Origin: Octopus sinensis
Taxonomy: Eukaryota
Reading direction: 5' to 3'
NCBI RefSeq assembly: GCF_006345805.1
Contig: NC_043002.1
Span: 107,322,001 to 107,386,000, forward strand
DNA length: 64,000 nucleotides
Part shown: positions 60,626-64,000 of the stretch, one piece after another
Layout of the letters: the number at the start of each line of letters is the position of its first letter
How positions within the stretch are numbered: the first letter of the stretch is position 1
The notes under the pieces: generated by a model
Databases searched by the model: none
Told to the model about the DNA's origin: nothing
Seen by the model: only the letters and a program-made list of their open reading frames with translations
Position numbers and translations under genes: made by a program

Positions 60626-61254
60626 ATAGATAAGTACATACATATGTAAGCAATGTATGTGTGTATGTATACGTATGCATGTATGCATTTGCGTATATAA
60701 GTAGGTAGTTATGTGTATGTAGTGGGTGGGTAGGAATGTGTGCGTATGTATGTATGTGCGTGAATGAATGTGTGTGTATACATGCACATCTGCGCACGTG
60801 TGTGCGCGCGTGTTTATAATCAGTTTAACCTGCTAGAAATAACAACCAAATTTTCCTTAAATAATCATAACCCATCTATGTGTTGGTTGTCATAAATGCC
60901 CTCTAAACTAAACGCGATGGTCACAACTAGAATGTCTTCCATCTTCGGTTAACACGAGGAGATTTTATTTAGGGATAAACAATAATAATAATCATTGTAT
61001 GATTTTATTCAGCCCTTGGTCATCAGTGGTCAAGAATGTCTTATGATCGAAAACATTGCAAGTGTGACCGTCACTTAATTTTGGTGAACTTCTGTATACG
61101 AATATATTATCTGACGTGTCCTTATTGTTAAGGTAGTAGGTTGTGTGGTGAATGAGATTTAGCTGCTATTTTTAACAAATCGAGTGACCACATAATGGTT
61201 ACCGCTTTCACTTTACATTTATAAACAGTTGGAGGCTTTACGCAGTATTTATAC

Positions 61255-61795
<541 letters not shown>

Positions 61796-61816
61796 TGAAC
61801 GTGTGTTGAAATTCAT

Positions 61817-62050
61817 ACCATCATCGTCGTTTAACGTCCACTTTTCTATGCTTGCATGGGTCAAACAGGATTCGTTGAGGCAGATTTTTCTTTAGCTGGA
61901 TGCCTTTCCTGTCGCCAACTCTTGTTTCGTAGCAAAGTAGTATTTCCCCATGCTCATTAATGTTTTGCACTGAAGACCAGAAATGAGTGATGCTGCTTGT
62001 ATGAGGGGGATGCTCATTTACAACCATTACATGTTGCAAAGCACCCCCCT
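61817..62050 (-). mobile_element. (GAT)n-tailed repeat, diverged
   Basis: catcatcgtcgtttaacgtccac...gctggatgcctttcctgtcgccaac. Confidence 0.7.
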
Positions 62051-62059
62051 CCATATACA

Positions 62060-62103
<44 letters not shown>

Positions 62104-62109
62104 TATTTA

Positions 62110-62662
62110 TCTGACAAGCTTCATAAAATTTCTGTCAGTGAAATCCAGTCACAAGGCTTTGACTATAGAAAAAAAGGCACATGCTTAAGGTGCTGTGCAT
62201 TAGGACTGAACCCAAAACCACATAGTAGGAAAGCAAGCTTCTTAACCTCTCAGCCACACACACACATGTTTATGTCGCAGGCATGGCTGGGTGGTAGGAG
62301 TTTTGCTTCTCAATCCCATGATTCTGAGTTCAGTCTCACTGCGTGACAACTTGGTCAAGTGTCTTCTACTATAACCATGGGGCAACCAAAGCCTTGTAAG
62401 GAGATTTGGTGGACAGAAACTGAAAGAAGCCTATCATATATATATGTGTGTGTGTGTGTTTGTTCCCCACCACAACTTGATAACCAGTGTTGGTGTGTTT
62501 ATGTCCCCATGACATGGCGGTTAGGTAAAAGAGACTGATGAAATAAGTATCAGGCTTAAAAGGGAAAAAAAAAATGGAAGTACTGGTGCTGGTTCATCTG
62601 ACTAAAGATACTTTGAAGTGGTGCTCCAGTATGGCCACAGTCTAATGACTAAAGCAAGTAAG
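62110..62662. mobile_element. Old head-to-head SINE B pair
   Basis: Minus 5' half 62110-62257; plus copy about 62277-62662. Confidence 0.75.
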
Positions 62663-62744
62663 AGATTGGTTGTAACATTGCCTATTGCAAGAAACTCTGA
62701 GTACGACTATGGTGAACTTTATATGTACTCTTCTCTTGTACATG

Positions 62745-62980
62745 CCTATTTCTTTACTACCCACAAGGGGCTAAACACAGAGGGGACAAACAAGGACAGA
62801 CACACGGATTAAGTCTATTATATCGACCCCAGTACGTAACTGGTACTTAATTTATCGACCCCGAAAGGATGAAAGGCAAAGTTGACCTCGGCGGAATTTG
62901 AACTCAGAACGTAACGGCAAACGAAATACGGCTACGCATTTCGCCCGGCATGCTAACGATTCTGCCAGCTCGCCGCCTTT
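62745..62980 (-). mobile_element. SINE A monomer
   Basis: TSD tcttgtacat(g/a)cc. Confidence 0.92.
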
Positions 62981-63384
62981 TCTTGTACATACCAGCCTTT
63001 CTATGTGTGTGTGTGTGTGTGTGTCAATGAAAGCAGCTGAAGATTCAACAGGGCGTGTCTGGTTACTGGTTCTGTTTGTGGTTGTTCTGGGGAAGTCACT
63101 GAGAATGAGTTGAATGTCAGGCCAGACTGGCTTGGTCATTTCACTTCGGCTTGCTATTGGATTATTAAGCCAGTTAGTGTCCTGGTGAGTTGTACTACAA
63201 GAGGTCAGCGGTGTTAAGCGCATCCTTTGTAGTCTGTGCCTACAAGGTGGGAGATTCCACAAGGTTGCTTCACATGTTGGAGACATCAGCCAAATTTCCG
63301 TCAGATTAACATCCTTGTGACTTAAAATCGGGTGGAGAAGCTCCGAAAATGGGGCAGTCATGGTTGGAACAACTTTGATGTCAA

Positions 63385-63575
63385 CTATGCCGGGCAAAAT
63401 GTGTAGCCGTATTTCGTCTGCCATTACGTTCTGAGTTCAAATTCCGCCGGGGTCAACTTTGCCTTTCATCCTTTCGGGGTCGATAAATTAAGTACCAGTT
63501 ACGTACTGGGGTCGATATAATAGACTTAATCCGTGTGTCTGTCCTTGTTTGTCCCCTCTGTGTTTAACCCATTGT
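63385..63575 (+). mobile_element. SINE A, 5'-truncated
   Basis: Shares private variants with 62745-62980. Confidence 0.9.
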
Positions 63576-64000
63576 GTTGTAAAACAATAACAACAGCAAC
63601 AACTAGGTAAACATATTGTGTGGTCACCATAGATTACTTCACCCCTGTCTGTTGTATGTGTTTAAGTATTGGGGGCAGTACATGTCCCATTTTTTGTGTC
63701 TAGATTGGGAACTGTGTAGACAGTGGGTTACCTGCTTGGTTGGCAATCATAGGATTTCTCTTGTTTGAATGATTTGAGAAACAACAAAATGGTTTCGTAT
63801 TTTGACGCAAGGCCAGTAATTTCAGGTAGGGGCTAAGTTGATTACATCGACCCGTGTGTCTGACTGGTACTTATTTTATCAACTCCAAAAGTACAAAAGG
63901 TAAAGACAGCATTAATAGAATGCTGCCATGACTGAAGGTTAGAGGCTGACCCCATCACCACCACCATCACCACCACCACCCCACCTTACTACCCACTGCA

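Overview
AT-rich, microsatellite-saturated animal genomic DNA with one 100-N gap (52591-52690). The repeat content (tRNA-headed SINEs with CORE-like segments, R4/Dong, RTE and CR1-group LINEs, very long TA/CA tracts) points to an octopod cephalopod; this is recognition, not a search result. I find no convincing host protein-coding exon, and almost all ORFs in the supplied track are translations of microsatellites. The window reads as intronic or intergenic DNA built from mobile elements. These are: at least five SINE families; a near full-length but broken CR1-group LINE (41797-46110) plus other LINE fragments; a 1287-bp mariner with intact TIRs and a disabled transposase; older Tc1/mariner relics; hAT- and Tigger-type MITEs; and non-autonomous Helitrons/HINEs. 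The most notable signal is about a dozen minimal type I hammerhead-ribozyme motifs in several unrelated small repeats. They include a tRNA-promoter SINE that carries a hammerhead and is flanked by a TSD, a core variant with the compensatory G3-C8 pair, and three head-to-head inverted dimers of hammerhead units. Other observations: a SINE/LINE shared 3' tail with covarying stem-loops, SINE arrays with a fixed 184-bp unit, and inverted SINE neighbours that share private mutations. All coordinates were read by eye and may be off by a few bases.
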